This document shows positions 58,381 through 64,000 of a stretch of 64,000 nt of DNA, one piece after another. The translations under genes were made by a program, and so were the position numbers. The stretch's first letter is position 1. Every line of letters starts with the position of its first letter. A model generated the notes under the pieces. The model saw only the letters and a list, made by a program, of their open reading frames with translations, had not been told where the DNA came from and ran no database searches. The stretch is taken from positions 8,308,001-8,372,000 of the forward strand of contig NC_092007.1 in the NCBI RefSeq assembly GCF_044704955.1. Direction: 5' to 3'. This stretch comes from Pristiophorus japonicus (Eukaryota).

Positions 58381-59511
58381 GATAAAAGTTCACGGAGTTG
58401 GGGGTAATATATTAGCATGGTTAACTAAGTGAAAACAGAGAGTCAGGATAAATGTGTCATTTCCGGTTGGCAAACAGTAAACAGTGGGGTGGCGCAGGGA
58501 TCAGTGCTGGGTCCTCAACTATTTACAATCTATATTAACGACTTGGAAGAAGGGACTGAGTGTAATGTAGCCAAGTTTGCTGACGATACAAAGATGGGTG
58601 GGAAAGCAATGTGTGAGGAGGACACAAAAAATCTGCAAAAGGACACAGACAGGCTAAGTGAGTGGGCAAAAAATGTGTCAGATGTAGTATAATGTTGGAA
58701 AATATGAGGTTATCCACTTTGACAGAAAAAATAGAAAGGCAAATTATAATTGAAATGGAGAAAAATTGTAAAGTACTGCAGTACAGCGGGACCTGGGGGT
58801 ACTTGTGAGTGAAACACAAAAGGATAGTATGCAGGTACAGCAAGTGATCAGGAAGGCCAATGGTATCTTGGCCTTTATTGCAAAGGGGATGGAGTATAAA
58901 AGCAGGGAAGTCTTGCTACAGTTAGACAGGGTATTGGTGAGGCCACACCTGGAGTACTGCGTGCAGTTTTGGTTTCCATATTTACGAAAGGATATACTTG
59001 CTTTGGAGGCAGTTCAGAGAAGGTTCACTTGGTTGATTCCGGAGATGAGGGGGTTGACTTATGAGGAAAGGTTGAGTAGGTTGGGCCTCTACTCATTGGA
59101 GTTCAGAAGAATGAGAGGTGATCTTATCGAAACATATAATGTAATAAGGGGGCTCGACAAGGTGGATGCAGAGAGGATGTTTCCACTGATGGGGGAGACT
59201 AGAACTAGGGGGCATGGTCTTAGAATAAGGGGCCGCCCATTTAAAACTGAGATGAGGAGGAATTTCTTCTCTCAGAGGGTTGTAAATCTGTGGAATTCTC
59301 TGCCCCAGAGAGCTGTGGAGGCTGGGTCATTGAATATATTTAAGGTGGAGATAGACAGATTGTTGAGCGATAAGGGAGTGAAGGGTTATGGGGAGCGGGC
59401 GGGGAAGTGGAGCTGAGTCCATGATCGCATCAGCCATGATCTTATTAAATGGCGGAGCAGGCTCGAGGGGCCGAATGGCCGACTCCTGCTACTATTTCTT
59501 ATGTTCTTATG
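58381..59511 (+). mobile_element. CR1 3' fragment
   Basis: GVAQGSVLGP, FADD, ends GERAGKWS*, tail present. Confidence 0.92.
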
Positions 59512-59664
59512 ATCGCCTCTGCAAGTTTTGGTGCGATTCTGTTCCCGAGCCAGCAGGAGGCACTATCCCTCCATCTGCCGGTATTGAGTGTGTTGGTGAG
59601 TCAAGACTAACTACCGATACCTTTGTACATGATAACACAGCGCAGCACAGATTGAGGGAAGAGA

Positions 59665-60532
59665 GTCCAACTTGGACAGGTTAGGTGAGTGGGCAAATAC
59701 ATGGCAGATGCAGTATAATTTGGATAAATGTGAGGTTATCCACTTTGGTGGCAAAAACAGGAAGGCAGAATATTATCTGAATGGCGACAGATTAGGAAAA
59801 GGGGAGGTGCAATGAGACCTGGGTGTCATGGTACATCAGTCATTGAAAGTTGGCATGCAGGTACAGCAGGCGGTGAAGGAGGCAAATGGCTTGTTGGCCT
59901 TCATAGCGAGGGGATTTGAGTTTAAGAGCAGGGAGGTCTTACTGCAGTTGTACAGGGCCTTGGTGAGGCCTCACCTGGAATATTGTGTTCAGTTTTGGTC
60001 TCCTAATCTGAGGAAGGACATTCTTGCTATTGAGGGAGTGCAGCGAAGGTTCACCAGACTGATTCCCGGGATGGCCGGACTGACATATGAAGAGAGACTG
60101 AATCAACTGGGCCTTTATACACTGGAGTTGAGAAGGATGAGAGGGGATCTCATAGAAACGTATAAGATTCTGACGGGACGGGACAAGTTAGATGCGGGTA
60201 GAATGTTCCCGATGTTGGGGAAGTCCAGAACCAGGGGTCACAGTCTTAGAATAAGGGGTAGGCCATTTAGGACTGAGATGTGGAGAAACTTCTTCACTCA
60301 GAGAGTTGTTAAACTGTGGAATTCCCTGTCGCAGAGAATTGTTGAGGCCAGTTCATTGGATATATTCAAGAGGGAGTTAGATATGGCCCTTATGGCTAAA
60401 GGGATCAAGGGGTATGGAGAGAAAGCAGGAAAAGGGTACTGAGGGAATGATCAGCCATGATCTTATTGAATGGTGGTGCAGGCTCGAAGGGCCAAATGGC
60501 CTACTCCTGCACCTACTTTCTATGTTTCTATG
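59665..60532 (+). mobile_element. CR1 3' fragment
   Basis: Ends GEKAGKGY*, (TTTCTATG)n tail. Confidence 0.92.
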
Positions 60533-60689
60533 CGAACTATGTCTCTCAGACCTGGTCCTGTCCGAGATCCTAGGATTGATGCAGTTGGGGAACTGCACGC
60601 ATGCTAACCCGCCGCGTCCCTCCCCGACCCCCACCCCCCGACTCCCCCCGCCCCCCCGCATTCTCCCATCACACCATCTCAAGTGATTA

Positions 60690-61090
60690 AAGGGTTAAAT
60701 CCCGAGGACCGGTCGCACAGACTGGGCTTGCGATCCCGCGAGTTTAGACGATTAAGCGACGATCTGATCGAGGGGTTTGGGACAATTGAAGGATTGGATC
60801 GGGGAGATCGAGAGAGAAACTGTTCCCCCGGGTGGGGGGCAGTCCAGAACAAGGGGGGCGTCACCTTCAAATTAGAGACCAGGCCATTCAGGGGTGATGT
60901 CAGGAAACACTTCTTCACACAAAGGGCAACGGGAATCGGGAACTCTCTCCCCCAAAAAGCTGTCGAGGCCGGGAATCAATTGGTTTTATGACTGAGATCG
61001 ATAGATTAGTGTTGGGTAAGGGTATTAAGAGTCACGGAACCAAGGCGGGTAGATGGGGTTAGGTCACAGATCATCTATGATCTCATTGAA
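60690..61090 (+). mobile_element. Old CR1 3' fragment
   Basis: EFRRLSDDLIE...RKHFFTQR..GNSLPQKAVEA. Confidence 0.75.
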
Positions 61091-61104
61091 TTTTGATTTT
61101 CATG

Positions 61105-61704
61105 TTTGATGGGACAGTGTAGAGGGAGCTTTACTCTGTATCTAACCCCGTGCTGTACCTGTACCTGTCCTGGGAGTGTTTGATGGGACAGTGTAGAGGG
61201 AGCTTTACTCTGTATCTAACCCCATGCTGTACCTGCCCTGGGAGTGTTTGATGGGACAGTGTAGAGGGAGCTTTACTCTGTATCTAACCCCGTGCTGTAC
61301 CTGCCCTGGGAGTGTTTGATGGGACAGTGTAGAGGGAGCTTTACTCTATATCTAACCCCGTGCTGTACCTGTACCTGCCCTGGGAGTGTTTGATGGGACA
61401 GTGTAGAGGGAGCTTTACTCTGTATCTAACCCCCTGTACCTGTACCTGCCCTGGGAGTGTTTGATGGGACAGTGTAGAGAGAGCTTTACTCTGTATCTAA
61501 CCCCCTGTACCTGTACCTGCCCTGGGAGTGTTTGATGGGACAGTGTAGAGGGAGCTTTACTCTGTATCTAACCCCCTGTACCTGTACCTGCCCTGGGAGT
61601 GTTTGATGGGACAGTGTAGAGGGAGCTTTACTCTGTATCTAACCCCCTGTACCTGTACCTGCCCTGGGAGTGTTTGATGGGACAGTGTAGAGAGAGCTTT
61701 ACTC
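61105..61704 (+). repeat. 68-74-bp minisatellite
   Basis: gtttgatgggacagtgtagagggagctttactctgtatctaacccc(gtg)ctgtacctgccctgggagt, ~8 copies. Confidence 0.93.
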
Positions 61705-62084
61705 AGGGGTGACTGTGGAAGGACAGGGAAGAGGCCCTGAAGAGTAGTGCGTGATTGGAATTATTGGACGATGGGGAGGCTGTCAAGGCCAAAATCAGTC
61801 TTCAGATGAAGTTGGGTCAGAGATGGATAATGGGCAGGAAATGCAGACTTGGGTTGTAATGTGTCACAGTGATTTGCACTGGGACCATTGGTGTTTACCA
61901 TATATCACTACAACAACAACCTGTATTTATATAGCGCCTTTAACGTAGTGAAACATCCCAAGGCGCTTCACAGGAGTGTTATCGGATTAAAACCCGCTTT
62001 CCCACTAATCTTTGTGCCATCTGCAAATTTTGTTACACTACACTCTGTCCCCTCTTCCAGGTCATCTATGTATATTGTAAACAC

Positions 62085-64000
62085 TGTGCTATCACTAGTA
62101 AAAAACTGCGTCCTCAATGGGAGCTGGTTGGCTGTTCCCGGGGAAATGCAAGATGAAATTAAGCCGTTCCACCGACGCAAGGATGAAATGTCCATCCAAT
62201 CGGATTGTCTCCTCTGGGGGAATCACGTGGTTTTGCCAAAAAAAGGGCAGGGAAACGTTTATACGTGACCTACAATGTACCCACCCAGGCATAGTCACGA
62301 TGAAGGCTATCACCAGGTCGCACGTTTAGTGGCCCGGCATTGACTCGGAATTGGAGTCGTACGTACATCAATGCGACACTTGCTCACGGTTGAGCAATGC
62401 ACCCAGGGAGGCCCCAACGGAGTCTGTGGTCATGGCTCTCCAAACCGTAGATTTCGCTGGCCCCTTTCTAGGGAAGATGTTCCTAGTAGCAGTGGACGCT
62501 TACTCTGAATGGATTGAATGTATAATAATGTCGTCATGCATGTCCACTGCCACCATTGAAAGCCTCCGGGCCATATTCGCCACCCATGGTTTGCCCGACG
62601 TCCTTGTTGGTGACAATGGACCATGTTTCACCAGCTCAGACATCAGGCATGGCAGGTCTGTGCCGTTTAAGCCCGCATCCAATGGTCAAGCGGGACGGGC
62701 AGTCCAAACCATCAAGCAGAGCTTGAAATGCGTGACGGACAGTTCCCTGCAGACCCGGTTATCTCGGATTCTGCTCAGCTACCGCACGTGACCCCGCTCG
62801 CTCGCCGGGGATCCCCCTGCAGAATTGCTAATGAAGAGAGCACTCAGAACCAGGCTCTCCTGCGTCCAACCGGATCTCAATGATCACGTAGAAACCCAGC
62901 GTCACCGGCATAACGTGTGCAAGGGCAAGCTTGATAATCAAAGGTGTTATCTGGCTATTATGTAGGCCCTGAGCTGGCTAAGCAGAAGGTGCGCTTAAAA
63001 CTGCACGTACGCATAGAGCCACAAGATGACCACTCGTTGAAGGGAAGCTTAAAACTGCACGTACACAAGATGACCACTTGTTAACCTCGGGCTCAAGGGA
63101 GCAATACAATATAAGGCGAGTGACACTTGGGAGGAGGGAACAAATGAGTATTTGACCAAGCGTCGGTGCAACCAATCACGTCACTGTTAAGGTCCATCCT
63201 CGAGGGCTAAACCCTGTATAATTAATTGCGATTTGAACAGCTCGTTGCAGATCCTTTCTCATGGGCTGAGAACTGAGACGCTCCCCCTGCACGTGTTGGA
63301 ATTAAAGGTCGTTGAAACCTATCCAAAGTCCGCCTGTTGAATCCGGGCTTGGTAAGAGAGGAGAAGGGCGATTCTCCTCATCTACGTGTACCACGATCGC
63401 GCGGCTGTATCGCGTGACATTGAGGTTAATGACTCTGTGTTCGTTCTTAAGTACGGTCATGGTCCCAAATGGGTTGCTGGCACTGTGTTAGCCAAGGAGG
63501 GGAAGAGGGTGTTTGTTGTCAAACTTCTGAACGGACGAACGTGCAGAAAGCACTGGGATCAGACCAAACTGCGGTTCACTGACAACCAAGAACAGTTTGA
63601 AGAGGACATTACCATCGTTGATCCACCCACACACACCCAACCAGCAACCGACCTCGCGGTCAAACACAACGATGAAGCCACCGTGCCTGACAGTCCAATC
63701 GGAGCAGCCACACCGCAGTGCAGCAATGAACCGACCAACTCACAAACGCCAGGACTTCAACTCAGGCGATCTACCCGGGAACGCAGAGCCCTGGATCGCC
63801 TCAACTTGTAAATAACTCGTAACTAAGATTTTTGGGCGGGGAGTGATGTTATGTATGTAGACATTACCAATGGTAAGGCTTGCCACCAGGGGGCGCACCT
63901 GCGGGAGACACAAGGGTCACCTGCATGCCCTGGGCAAGCAGGTATAAAAGGCAACCTACCTTGCTGTCTCCTCACTCTGGAGTTACAATAAAGAGACCAA
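62085..64000 (+). mobile_element. 3' half of a Mag-like Gypsy element (integrase, PPT, 3' LTR from 63847)
   Basis: HPGIVTMK, VDFAGPF, DNGP, LRRSTRERR..DRLNL*, ggggagtga|TGTTATG. Confidence 0.88.
62918..63384 (+). mobile_element. Probable solo LTR of an unrelated family inserted in the integrase
   Basis: Flanked by ACGTG (62913-62917 and 63384-63388); starts TG; internal direct repeats, TATA-like tract, ATTAAA. Confidence 0.6.

Overview
Vertebrate genomic DNA, most likely from a shark or other cartilaginous fish (inferred from the repeat families and from similarity to spiny dogfish trypsin as I recall it). The only host genes are three intact 5-exon trypsinogen (PRSS1/PRSS2-type) genes. Gene A (7752->267, minus) and gene B (9573->17144, plus) sit head-to-head as the arms of an ~8 kb inverted duplication. 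Gene C (26601->57460, plus) is stretched to ~31 kb by repeat insertions. Gene C is a mosaic: its promoter and exons 1-2 match A, exon 5 and the 3'UTR match B, but exons 3-4 differ by ~26 aa and use a splice acceptor shifted by 3 nt. In A and B the 3' end of exon 3 plus its splice donor is tandemly amplified as a 68/69-bp minisatellite (5 and 9 donors), and the first extra unit carries an in-frame stop. The rest is repeats: CR1, RTE, L2 and Tx1-like LINE pieces, DeuSINE-like SINEs, nested Mag-like Gypsy LTR elements, a probable solo LTR, and minisatellites that arose inside SINE and L2 copies. Most ORFs in the supplied track are repeat-derived. All counts are by hand and repeat boundaries are approximate.
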